From assembly GCA_050749685.1 (NCBI GenBank), contig JBOGRS010000003.1, positions 1-54,790 on the forward strand: a stretch of 54,790 nt of DNA. The letters are read 5' to 3'. A model generated the notes under the pieces. It was not told where the DNA came from and did no database searches. It saw only the letters and a program-made list of their open reading frames with translations. The stretch is from Thermoplasmata archaeon. GTDB lineage: Archaea > Thermoplasmatota > Thermoplasmata > Lutacidiplasmatales > UBA184. Shown in pieces: positions 43,769-52,139 of this stretch. How positions within the stretch are numbered: the first letter of the stretch is position 1; each line of letters opens with the position of its first letter. The position numbers and the translations under genes are program-made.

Positions 43769-44086
43769 CTAACCGCGTCGCCCGCGCTTCGGGAGCTGGG
43801 CGTTCGAGACCTCTACGGCCTCGGCATCGAACCCGAGTCGCCCCAGCTCGTCCCGTATGCGGGCGCGGTGGTCCCCTTGGAGATAGACCTCGCCCTCCAC
43901 GACCGAACCCCCGGTCGCGAGCCGGTTCTTCAGCGACCGGGTGATCTCGGCGAGGTCGACCCCGGGGGGGAAGCCGGAGATGACCGTCGCCGGCTTGTTG
44001 TACCGTCGCGGTTCGCACCGTACGCGGATCCGGGCGGTCTCTCGGTCCAGCGCGGAAAGGATCTCATCGAACTCGTCGTTCCCCAT
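43769..44086 (-). CDS. Translation initiation factor aSUI1 (eIF1 homolog)
   Basis: ORF 43769..44149, with the start set at ATG 44086 (MGNDEFDEI...). The sequence RYNKPATVISGF...LKNRLATGGSVVEGEVYLQGDHRARIRDELGRLGF is typical of SUI1. TATA-like GTTTTAAC lies 31 nt upstream. Confidence 0.85.
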   Translation of the reverse strand: MGNDEFDEILSALDRETARIRVRCEPRRYNKPATVISGFPPGVDLAEITRSLKNRLATGGSVVEGEVYLQGDHRARIRDELGRLGFDAEAVEVSNAQLPKRGRRG

Positions 44087-44252
44087 TGAGGTTACTTCCG
44101 CGCGAACGTACCGGGGGTTAAAACGGTCGAGGGGGCCCCCGATGTCCATCGAGAACGGGGGAAGGGATTCGTGACGGGTCGACGAGAGCTGGAGCGCACC
44201 GAACGGTCCATGCCCGGGCTACGGATGAACGTTTGGGGGACGCCGGGCCGTG

Positions 44253-45017
44253 TCATTGGCCCCTCCAGCGGTAGAGGTAGAGGGCGATCACGGTCCCCAC
44301 GGTGGCGGAGACGAGCAGCAGGGTCGCGTCCGTCACCAAGGTCAGCGTCGACGCGGGAGTGATCCCGAGGATCCCCTGAAGGAGGAGGGCCGCGTAGGTG
44401 GCGGGAAGGAAGCGCGCCGCGACCTGCCAGGGCGACGGCAGGTAGGAGAGGGGGTAGTAGAGCGGCGAGAGCATCCCGAGGATCGTGAACGTGAGGTTCC
44501 CGACCGGCCAGATCTCCCGCTGGCTCGTGAGACGGCTCGACATCGCGATCCCGATCGACGAGAAGAGGATCCACAGGACGATGATCGCCCCAATGAGGAT
44601 CGGCCAGGCCCACCAGGGCACCGGGGTCGTCACCGCGAGGAGGAGGGCGAGGACTGCGAGCGCCGGGGCCGCCGGGATGAGGTTCGAGAACGCGATCCCG
44701 AACAGGTAGCGCACCTTGCCGATGGGGGAGGCGACGAAGAGGTCCTGGATCGACGACTCGATCCTCCAGGTCGCCGAGTCTCCGAGGACCCAGCTACCGA
44801 TGTTCTGCGTCGTGAAGAGCATCGCCCCGATGATCTCGAGCGGGAAGAGGCGGGGGTCGGAGATCAGACGGAGGAAGTAGAGAAAGACGAACGGAAGGAT
44901 GATGGGCGCGATCGCCGACGCCGGGTTGCGGCTGATCCACCTCCAGCCGATCCATGCGAACGCGGGGAGGGCGCGTCCCTCGGAGGGGATCGTCCGCGGC
45001 CCCGTCTCGGTCGCCAT
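44253..45017 (-). CDS. ABC-2 type transporter permease
   Basis: This is the C-terminal 254 aa of ORF 44253..45965, starting MATETGPRTIPSEGRALPAF..., with about 6 hydrophobic helices. The upstream part of that ORF is an out-of-frame read-through of the neighbouring gene. Confidence 0.8.
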   Translation of the reverse strand: MATETGPRTIPSEGRALPAFAWIGWRWISRNPASAIAPIILPFVFLYFLRLISDPRLFPLEIIGAMLFTTQNIGSWVLGDSATWRIESSIQDLFVASPIGKVRYLFGIAFSNLIPAAPALAVLALLLAVTTPVPWWAWPILIGAIIVLWILFSSIGIAMSSRLTSQREIWPVGNLTFTILGMLSPLYYPLSYLPSPWQVAARFLPATYAALLLQGILGITPASTLTLVTDATLLLVSATVGTVIALYLYRWRGQ

Positions 45018-45019
45018 CG

Positions 45020-45766
45020 TCACGCCTCCCGTGCGGCCCGGCGCGCCCACCCCGACGCGAAGACGAGCGATCCCAGGGCGGTCAGGACGAGGCTGGCGGC
45101 GGCCACCGCGACCTCCCACGGGGCGAGCGAGGCGACGCCGACGCTCCCTTGAACGAGCGCGGCCGCCGCGCTCGGGGGGAGGAAGAGTGCGACCACGCGC
45201 ACCCCGGCCGGGGCGATCCCGATCGGATAGAAGACGGGGGGAAGGACCCCGAACAGGTTGTAGAAGAGGCTCGCGTACGGCCAGATCGCCCGCATGTCCC
45301 GGAAGAGCGTCGAGACGACGTACCCCACCGAGCACGCGAAGACCCAGACGGCCAGCGCGACCAGGACGAGGAGGACGGCGGAGATCGCCGAGAAGCGCAC
45401 GACGTACTCCGCGAGGGCGGCGAGCAGCAGGATCGGGATGAGATACGCGACCAGGACCCCGAGGGACATTCCGAGGAAGTAGCCTTCCGGGGAGAGCGGC
45501 GAGGCGAGGTAGAGCTCGTTGAGCTTGTGGTCGACGCGCACGAACGCGGCTTCGTTCTGGACGCGCTGGCCCAACGCGAACATCGAGAAGATGACGGCCC
45601 CGATGAGCGCGACCCCGAGGAGCGACGGCTGGAGGATGCTCACGAAGACGAGCAGGACGGCCTGGACGATCATCGAGGTGAGGATCGCGGTGCGCTCGTG
45701 CATCTGGACCCTCAGCTCGGTCGCGAAGAACGCGAACGTACCACGGAAGGTGAGGCCGGCGAACAT
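45020..45766 (-). CDS. ABC-2 type transporter permease (second subunit)
   Basis: ORF 45020..45766 with about 6 TM helices. Its stop lies 2 nt from the next start, and its start lies 3 nt after the ATPase stop. Confidence 0.8.
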   Translation of the reverse strand: MFAGLTFRGTFAFFATELRVQMHERTAILTSMIVQAVLLVFVSILQPSLLGVALIGAVIFSMFALGQRVQNEAAFVRVDHKLNELYLASPLSPEGYFLGMSLGVLVAYLIPILLLAALAEYVVRFSAISAVLLVLVALAVWVFACSVGYVVSTLFRDMRAIWPYASLFYNLFGVLPPVFYPIGIAPAGVRVVALFLPPSAAAALVQGSVGVASLAPWEVAVAAASLVLTALGSLVFASGWARRAAREA

Positions 45767-45769
45767 CCC

Positions 45770-46699
45770 CTACGTCTCCGCGTCGATCGACTTGCCGACC
45801 ACGCGCAGGAACGCCTCTTCGAGCGAGACCGGCCCGACGGTCGCGGCAAGGGCATTGCGGATGGCGAGCTCCATGATCTCGGCGAGCCGCTCGGGATGCG
45901 TGATGATGTGGAGCGTCGTGCCGTCCGGCACGAGGGTGCCGAAGGAGGCGAAGCTCTCGGTCCACCGGGTCCCCTCCGGGATCGAGACCCTCAGGGAGCC
46001 GCCGACCTGGTGCTTGAGCGTCTCGGACGTTCCGTCGACCAGGACGCGTCCCCGCTCGATGATGTAGAGGCGCTGCGAGAGCGCCTCCGCCTCATCGAGG
46101 TAGTGGGTGGTGAGGAGGATCGTCGAGCCCTTGCGGGTGAGCGAGCGCAGCGATTCCCAGACGGCGCGACGGGCGAACGGGTCCATCCCGATCGTCGGCT
46201 CGTCGAGGAAGAGGAGGGGTGCCTCCGTGGCGATCACCGTCGCGACCATCGTGCGCTGGCGTTGCCCGCCCGAGAGGGTGATGCTGAGCCGATCGGCGAC
46301 CTCGTCGAGCTCCATGAGACCGATCGCCTCGGTCGTCCGTGACCGGGCCGTCGGACCGTCGAAGCCGCGCGCGCGTAGGTACGTATAGACCTGCTCACGG
46401 GGCGTCAGGTGGAAGAACGGCTTACCTTCCTGCGGGACCACCGCGATGCGCCGGCGCACCTCGTCCATCTGCGTCGCGGTGTCGTACCCGAAGACCGCGA
46501 CGGTGCCGCCCGACGGGGCGAGGAGCGTCGAGGCGATCTTGAGGAAGGTCGTCTTGCCGGCGCCGTTGCGCCCGAGGAGAGCGACCCGCTCGCCCTGTTG
46601 CACGCGCATCGAGACACCGGCGAGCGCCTCGACCTCGGGTCCCCCGCGGGGATGGTAGACCTTGCGGACGCCGTCGGCGACGAGGGCCGGGGAGTTCAT
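45770..46699 (-). CDS. ABC transporter ATP-binding protein
   Basis: Walker A GRNGAGKTT, signature LSGGQRQR, Walker B LLFLDEPT. The start is set at ATG 46699 (MNSPALVADGVRKVY). The ORF-track N-terminal extension to 47032 overlaps the flippase gene. Confidence 0.9.
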   Translation of the reverse strand: MNSPALVADGVRKVYHPRGGPEVEALAGVSMRVQQGERVALLGRNGAGKTTFLKIASTLLAPSGGTVAVFGYDTATQMDEVRRRIAVVPQEGKPFFHLTPREQVYTYLRARGFDGPTARSRTTEAIGLMELDEVADRLSITLSGGQRQRTMVATVIATEAPLLFLDEPTIGMDPFARRAVWESLRSLTRKGSTILLTTHYLDEAEALSQRLYIIERGRVLVDGTSETLKHQVGGSLRVSIPEGTRWTESFASFGTLVPDGTTLHIITHPERLAEIMELAIRNALAATVGPVSLEEAFLRVVGKSIDAET

Positions 46700-46721
46700 C
46701 GAAGGTTCGACCTGGAGGGGG

Positions 46722-46730
46722 GTATATAAC
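46722..46730 (-). promoter_or_regulatory. TATA box (minus strand GTTATATAC) for the ABC-2 operon
   Basis: TTATATA lies about 22 nt upstream of ATG 46699 in a 100-nt spacer. Confidence 0.45.
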
Positions 46731-46799
46731 CCGCGCCCGACCCCACGCAACGCCCCGAAAGCGGGTGTTCCTCTCGGGGAGGGCGGCCGGAGCTTCCCG

Positions 46800-48536
46800 C
46801 TACTTCGGTTCCTTCGGCGGTGGGCTTCGGCCGAGAGGGTCCTCCTCGGTGTCCACGAGGCCACGGGCGGTCCCCGGGACGATCGCGGCCATCTCGGGCG
46901 ACGCCGCCTTCCAGCAGAGCCGTTCGATCGGGCGCGTGAGGGCGCGCGGCACCCCGAAGGAACGTCCGATCTGGTCGACGTCGGCCTTCGTGAGCTCCCC
47001 CAAGAGGATGAGCATGAGGACATAGGCGGCAAATCCGAGCGCGACGCCGCCCGCGAAGGAGTAGTAGCGGTTGATGTTGATGAGGGCGTTGAGGCGGGAG
47101 ATCGCGAGGAAGCTCACCGCCGCGCTCACGCAAATCGTGGCGATCGGACGGAGCCGGATCCGGACGGCCATATGACGTTCCATGAAGTAGGTGTTAAGCG
47201 CGAGCGCGGCCGCCGATGAGAGGAGGACCGCGAGGGCCGCTCCGTTGATCCCCGAGATCGCGAGGTCGCTGAGCCAATCCGGTGGGGCGATGAGCAGCGG
47301 CGCCGCCACGAAGAGCACCCCCACCTGGACGCTCGTGAGGTAGAGCTCGAGACGCTGGCGGCCGATCGAATTGAGGGCGGTCCCGATGACCTGGCTGAGC
47401 GCCGCCGGGATCGAGGCGAGGGCGAGCAGGGCGAGGGCGGTCGACGCGGTCCCGGCGTAGACCCCGCCATAGAAGAGGTTGAGGACGGTGACGCGGTAGA
47501 TGACGAGGGCGACGACCCCCGGGACGACCAGGAAGGCGGTGTACCGCAGGGCCTGCCAGGTTCCCGCGCGGATCGCCTCGTACTCCCGCCGTTTATGGAG
47601 TCCCACCAGGTGCGGGAACAGCGGCAGGGCGACGGCGGTCGGGATGGCCAGCGCGAGGATCCTGAACCCGTTGGCGGCCGAGAAATTGTTGAGGCCGACC
47701 GTTCCGAGCTGGGCGGCGACGACGAACTGGATGAGGTTGCTCGAGATGTAGAGGAGAAGCAGGCTCCCCATGAGCGGCCACGCCCAGCGGAGCATCCGGG
47801 AACCCTCGGAGGCACGGAACCGCCCGCGGTACGACCACACCGTGGGGATCGACACGACGGTCGACGCGGCGATGCCGATCGCGTAGGCGGCCGTCATCTC
47901 CCAGAGCGTTTGGGTCGGCTGCTGGACGCTCACGAGGTCGATCGCGGCGAACGTCAGGACCCCGGCGCGGACGATCGCCTCGAGCAGCTGGGGCACCTGG
48001 CTTCGCACGGAGTCGCCGAGCGCGACCCAGGTCTGCATGTAGGCGGTCGAGACGCTCCAGCAGAGGGGGAAGAGGAGCCAGACCCCGAAGATCGCGATCC
48101 GGTCGCCGAGCGCGATCCCGAGCGTCGGACCGAGGATGAAGAGGGCGGCTCCCGAGATCCCGACGAGGAGGAGACGCAGGTAGAGGTACGTCGTGAGCCC
48201 GTGGCGCGGCGACTCCCCTCTCGAGACGAAATAGGTGAAGGCCGAGCCGATCCGAAGGTCCCCGATGCTGTTCACCGAGGCCGCGATCAGGAGAAACAGT
48301 TGGATGGTCCCGAGGAGCGCCTGCCCCGGCTTCGCCCCGTTGCTGAGTTGGACGCTGCCGATCCCGTGGCCGAGGAAGTAGGTCGGGACGTAGGCGATGA
48401 ACTGGATGACGATGATGATGAGAAAGACCGCGCTCGAGCTGAGGCCGAGTCCACGGGGCTTGGGACGTTCCGGGTCGGTCCACCCGTCGGCCGGTTCCAC
48501 CCCCGCCGCGCCCACGTAGGACCTTCCCGCCGGCAA
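46800..48536 (-). CDS. MOP/Wzx-type oligosaccharide/polysaccharide flippase family membrane protein
   Basis: 578-aa polytopic membrane protein with 12 or more hydrophobic helices, and a composition and length typical of the polysaccharide-biosynthesis (Wzx/AglR-like) family. The start is uncertain: TTG 48536, GTG 48515 or GTG 48500. TATA-like AGATAAGAA at about 48545-48555 favours 48515. Confidence 0.75.
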   Translation of the reverse strand: MPAGRSYVGAAGVEPADGWTDPERPKPRGLGLSSSAVFLIIIVIQFIAYVPTYFLGHGIGSVQLSNGAKPGQALLGTIQLFLLIAASVNSIGDLRIGSAFTYFVSRGESPRHGLTTYLYLRLLLVGISGAALFILGPTLGIALGDRIAIFGVWLLFPLCWSVSTAYMQTWVALGDSVRSQVPQLLEAIVRAGVLTFAAIDLVSVQQPTQTLWEMTAAYAIGIAASTVVSIPTVWSYRGRFRASEGSRMLRWAWPLMGSLLLLYISSNLIQFVVAAQLGTVGLNNFSAANGFRILALAIPTAVALPLFPHLVGLHKRREYEAIRAGTWQALRYTAFLVVPGVVALVIYRVTVLNLFYGGVYAGTASTALALLALASIPAALSQVIGTALNSIGRQRLELYLTSVQVGVLFVAAPLLIAPPDWLSDLAISGINGAALAVLLSSAAALALNTYFMERHMAVRIRLRPIATICVSAAVSFLAISRLNALININRYYSFAGGVALGFAAYVLMLILLGELTKADVDQIGRSFGVPRALTRPIERLCWKAASPEMAAIVPGTARGLVDTEEDPLGRSPPPKEPK

Positions 48537-48575
48537 GACGAGCGCTTCTTATCTGCGTTGGGTCGAGGCTCGGGG

Positions 48576-48977
48576 TCAGTCGAGCGCCTGCGACGTGGGG
48601 GGAGCATCGGGTCCGACGCCCTCCTGCAGTTCGACCCAGACTCCGTCCGGGTCGGAGAGGAACGCGAGACGGAAACCGGCTTCCACGAACGGGGGGATGC
48701 GTACGCGCGCCCCGAGCTCGACCAATCGGCCGATGGTTTGGTCGATGTCGTCGACCCGGAACCCCAGGTGGTCGAGCTCGTCCCCTTCGCGGTACGGAGG
48801 TGCGTCCGGGTAGTAGTTGAGCTCCAGCACATGCTCGCTCTCGGGGTCCTTGAGCTCCTCCCAGACGCCTCCCGCGGCCATGCGACCGCTCCGGTGGGAA
48901 CGGAGACCGAGCCCCTCGCAGTAGAACCGACGCGCCCGCGCGAGGTCGCGCACCCGAATCCCCGTGTACTCGAGCAC
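48576..48977 (-). CDS. VOC-family protein (glyoxalase I-like)
   Basis: ORF 48576..49148, with GTG 48977 as the likely start (VLEYTGIRVRDLARARRFYCEGLGL...HLGFRVDDID...FLSDPDGVWVEL). Confidence 0.75.
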   Translation of the reverse strand: MLEYTGIRVRDLARARRFYCEGLGLRSHRSGRMAAGGVWEELKDPESEHVLELNYYPDAPPYREGDELDHLGFRVDDIDQTIGRLVELGARVRIPPFVEAGFRLAFLSDPDGVWVELQEGVGPDAPPTSQALD

Positions 48978-49083
48978 CGTGCGGCGGACGACCCGCCACC
49001 TACTTGAGCCCGCTCCCCGACGTCTCGGCGGGGTCCCATCGCGATGCGAAGGTTCGCTACGGGAGGCGGGAACGCGGCGCGAT

Positions 49084-49857
49084 TCACGTGGTGGTGAGCG
49101 CGAGACGTCGGAGCGCCTCGTTCGCCACGCGGATCGACGGCCCGACATCCGCCGGGACCGGCATCCCTTGCCCGTCGTCGCCGAACACGGTGCAGACCGC
49201 GCCGGCGCGCAGGCCGTAGAGGCTCGCGATCGTGAGGAGGGTCGCGCACTCCATCTCCACGTTCATGCACCCGAGGGCGCGCAGGGCCTCGACCGGGTCC
49301 CCCCCACGGTGGACCGGGACGAACCCACGCCAGCCCGGGCGCCCCTGCTCCAGATAGAAGGAGTCCACCGTCGCGGTGATCCCGACGTGGAAGCGCACCC
49401 CCGCCAATCGCGCGGCGCCGACGAGCGCGCCGACGACCTCCGCGTCCGCCACCGCCGGGTACTCGGGGGGGGCGTACGCTCGGCTCGCCGCTTCGAACCT
49501 CACCGCGGCGCGGCTGATCGCGAGGTCGCCCGCGCGAAGTTCGGGCTGGAGGGCGCCGCAGGAGCCGACGCGTAGGATCGTGCGCACCCCGATGCGGGCG
49601 AGCTCCTCGACGACGATCGCCATGGACGGCCCGCCGATCCCCGCGCTCACCGTCCCCACCGGCACCCCATGGAATCGGCCCCGAAAACTGCGGAACTCGC
49701 GTCGTTCGCCCGCGGCCTCACGCTCTTCCCAGGACTCCGCGATCGCGGTGGCGCGGTCGGGGTCGCCCGGGACCAGGACGCACGCCGGGAGGTCCCCCGA
49801 GCGGAGCCCGAGGTGGTAGGTAGGACCGGGACGAGGTTCCGTGGGAGGGATGTCCAT
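49084..49857 (-). CDS. Nucleoside phosphorylase, PNP/UDP family 1 (uridine phosphorylase-like)
   Basis: Motifs VLVPGDPDRA, SAGIGGPSMAIVVEEL, ILRVGSCGAL and NVEMECATL. Confidence 0.85.
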   Translation of the reverse strand: MDIPPTEPRPGPTYHLGLRSGDLPACVLVPGDPDRATAIAESWEEREAAGERREFRSFRGRFHGVPVGTVSAGIGGPSMAIVVEELARIGVRTILRVGSCGALQPELRAGDLAISRAAVRFEAASRAYAPPEYPAVADAEVVGALVGAARLAGVRFHVGITATVDSFYLEQGRPGWRGFVPVHRGGDPVEALRALGCMNVEMECATLLTIASLYGLRAGAVCTVFGDDGQGMPVPADVGPSIRVANEALRRLALTTT

Positions 49858-49937
49858 GGACCTTCATGCGCAGCGAGCCTAATCTGTTCCCGGGCGAAAC
49901 TCGAACCCTCCCCGGCGTGCCCCGGGAGAGGAGGGGC

Positions 49938-51209
49938 CTAGTAGGCCACGTTGCGGAGGTCCTTCAAGGCGACCGAGCCCACGGCCATGATCGCAAGGAC
50001 GAACAGTCCCGAGAGGAGGAAGACCGTCGAGAGCGTGGTCGCTTGCGCGAGCGAACCGGCGAAGATCGCTCCCACGGGGCCGGCGACGACGATGACCGAG
50101 AAGAGGACCGCGGTGACCCGGCCGAGCAGTCGGGCCGGGACCTTCGCCTGGACCACGGTCAGGAGAGGTACGTTCGTGATCGAGAGCATCGTGCCGAGGG
50201 CGAACGCTTCGACGAACGCCGGGGCGATCGACCGGGTGAGCCCGAGAGCGACGATCGCCGCCCCGATCCCCATCGCACCTCCGAAGAGCGAGCGGCCGGC
50301 GAATCGTCGGGCGTCGATCTTTCCCGCGACGAGCGCCCCGATCACCGAGCCCGCGGCGACGGCGGCACCGAGGAATCCGTACGTCGCCGCATTCCCGTTT
50401 AGGGTGAGCGCCGCGTACGGCGCCCATAGGGCGGCGACCGCGTTCGCGAAGAAGTTCACGACGATCCCGATTCCAATGACCTCCACGAGGAATCGCTGTC
50501 CGCGGACGAACGCAAGACCCTCGACGAACTGCGTCCGAAAGCGGGGACGACCGGGCTGCTCCCCCGGCACGGGGCGGCCGACCGCCGGCGGGATCGCCGC
50601 GACGAGCGCGGCGGCCGCGAGGAACGAGAGCGCATCATACTCGATCGGCAGGCTCACTCCCACGAGCGCGACCACCACGCCCCCCACGGAGAGGCCCACG
50701 ATCTGATTGAACGCCCCGGAGAAGGTGAGCAGTCCGTTCGCCGCCGGCAGGTCCGCGGGATCGACGGTCTGAGGCACCAGGGCGCTCGACGCGATGCGCA
50801 CCACTTGGGACCCCGCCCCCAGCGCCGCGACGATCGCCACGACGAGTCCGAGCCCCGTCGCATGGGCGAGGACGAGTCCCGACAGGACGGCGATCAGCGC
50901 GCCTTCGAGGAGGTTGGTTACGATCAGGATCACCCTTCGGGGCCACCGATCGACGTAGACGCCCAAGAAGGGTCCGAGGACCACCGCCGGTACCAACGCC
51001 GCGGTGACCACGACGCCCACGGCGAACACCGATCCGGTGGTCCTGAGGACGAGCCACAACAACGCGACGTCGAAGACGAAGTCGCCGGACTGCGAGACGA
51101 GCTGCGCGACGAACACGAGCAGGAACGACCTCTGCCCGAGCGCCCGCCGGTAACTCGGGCGACCCGCAGGGGTCGTCGTCAGGGGCGTGGGAGGGGCCGA
51201 CGATCCCAT
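49938..51209 (-). CDS. MFS transporter (EntS/DUF894-like)
   Basis: About 12 TM helices. The N-terminal YRRALGQRSFLLVFVAQLVSQSGDFVFDVALLWLV is typical of this MFS subfamily. Confidence 0.85.
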   Translation of the reverse strand: MGSSAPPTPLTTTPAGRPSYRRALGQRSFLLVFVAQLVSQSGDFVFDVALLWLVLRTTGSVFAVGVVVTAALVPAVVLGPFLGVYVDRWPRRVILIVTNLLEGALIAVLSGLVLAHATGLGLVVAIVAALGAGSQVVRIASSALVPQTVDPADLPAANGLLTFSGAFNQIVGLSVGGVVVALVGVSLPIEYDALSFLAAAALVAAIPPAVGRPVPGEQPGRPRFRTQFVEGLAFVRGQRFLVEVIGIGIVVNFFANAVAALWAPYAALTLNGNAATYGFLGAAVAAGSVIGALVAGKIDARRFAGRSLFGGAMGIGAAIVALGLTRSIAPAFVEAFALGTMLSITNVPLLTVVQAKVPARLLGRVTAVLFSVIVVAGPVGAIFAGSLAQATTLSTVFLLSGLFVLAIMAVGSVALKDLRNVAY

Positions 51210-51305
51210 TCTCCGATCCCTCGCCGGGAAGCCTGAGGGTCGGTGGGGTCATCCACTTTCGGTAGGCCGGAGCCGGGCCGCTACGTCAACACGGGCGACG
51301 CACGT

Positions 51306-51929
51306 TCACGGTGGCCGGTGCCGTGCCCGCGACACGAGGTCGGGCTTCGCGGCCGGTGGACGTCCACGGCGATAGCGGGCGAACCAGGCCCATCCTCCGC
51401 CGAAGACCACGGCGCCCCCGCCGAGCGCGGCCAGGAGCGTGAGGGTTCCTCCCCTCCACACCCCCGGTGCGGGAGACGACACGCTCGAATTGCCCGGGAC
51501 CGGCGGCGGGCACGACGGGGTCCCCAAGGGAACCGTACCGGTCCGTTCGGTCACCACTCCGGTTGCATCGTAGGCGTAGAGCGTGACCGAGAGGTTCTCC
51601 CCGGTCGCGACCGTCGCGTGGACGGGACTCCCGGTGGCCGTTCCCTCCGGGAGGTTCCAGGCGAACGTGTAGGGAGGGAAACCGCCGGAGGCGTTTGCCC
51701 AGAGTTCGACCACGGTCGATACGAACCCATGGGGGCAGGTCGAAGTCCCGACGCTATACCCGAACGTTGCGACCAACGGCGGAACCACGTCCACGCTGGT
51801 GTTCCATGGATAGTCCCCATCGCCAGCATCGCGGCCTCGGAACGCGACCGCGTAGACCCCGGCGGCCGTGTAGTCATGCTGGATCCGCGCGAGCGTCGAG
51901 CCGGTTCCGTCGCCGAAGTCCCAGACCGG
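51306..51929 (-). pseudogene. 5'-truncated remnant of a PKD-domain surface protein (C-terminal ~207 codons with TM anchor)
   Basis: My translation upstream of ORF 51306..51794 in the same frame reads TGA-PVWDFGDGTGSTLARIQHDYTAAGVYAVAF..., the PKD signature WDFGDG...Y..G.Y.V. An in-frame TGA sits at 51930-51932, and there is no ATG/GTG/TTG before GTG 51794. Downstream there is a second PKD-like unit (GGFPPYTFAW...VTLYAYDATG), a Pro-rich linker and the TM LTLLAALGGGAVVFGGGWAWFARYRRGR. There is no signal peptide. Confidence 0.6.
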
Positions 51930-51940
51930 TCAATACGGGG
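51927..51940 (+). repeat. Left copy of a 14-nt direct repeat (CGGTCAATACGGGG)
   Basis: Matches 54141-54154 (CGTTCAATACGGGG) at 13 of 14 positions. The shared core TCAATACGGGG is identical. The repeat contains the TGA that ends the PKD reading frame. Confidence 0.35.
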
Positions 51941-52139
51941 GTATTCCTTCCCTACAGGGGGCAAATTGGCTCGCGGACAGCTCTGGGTACGGGTGGGCGA
52001 GGTCCGGGGGGTTCGCGCTCGACGGCCGATGCCGTGACTGCGCGTTGGTCCCGGAATCAAGCGGGCCCCGCGTGCCGTGTCAGGTGAGATGGGAGCCCGC
52101 ATGGATGGACGGGACGCGTAGCCGTCCTGGGAAAGGGGG

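Noticed and set aside
45018-47032. 5' extensions of ORF 44253..45965 and ORF 45770..47032
   Set aside because: The extensions are out-of-frame read-throughs of the neighbouring permease and flippase genes. Clean starts with operon-style spacing exist at 45017 and 46699.
47593-49270. ORFs 47593..48999 (-), 47595..49007 (+) and 48287..49270 (-)
   Set aside because: They are shadow frames across the flippase, VOC and nucleoside phosphorylase genes, with Arg/Pro/Gly-rich composition.
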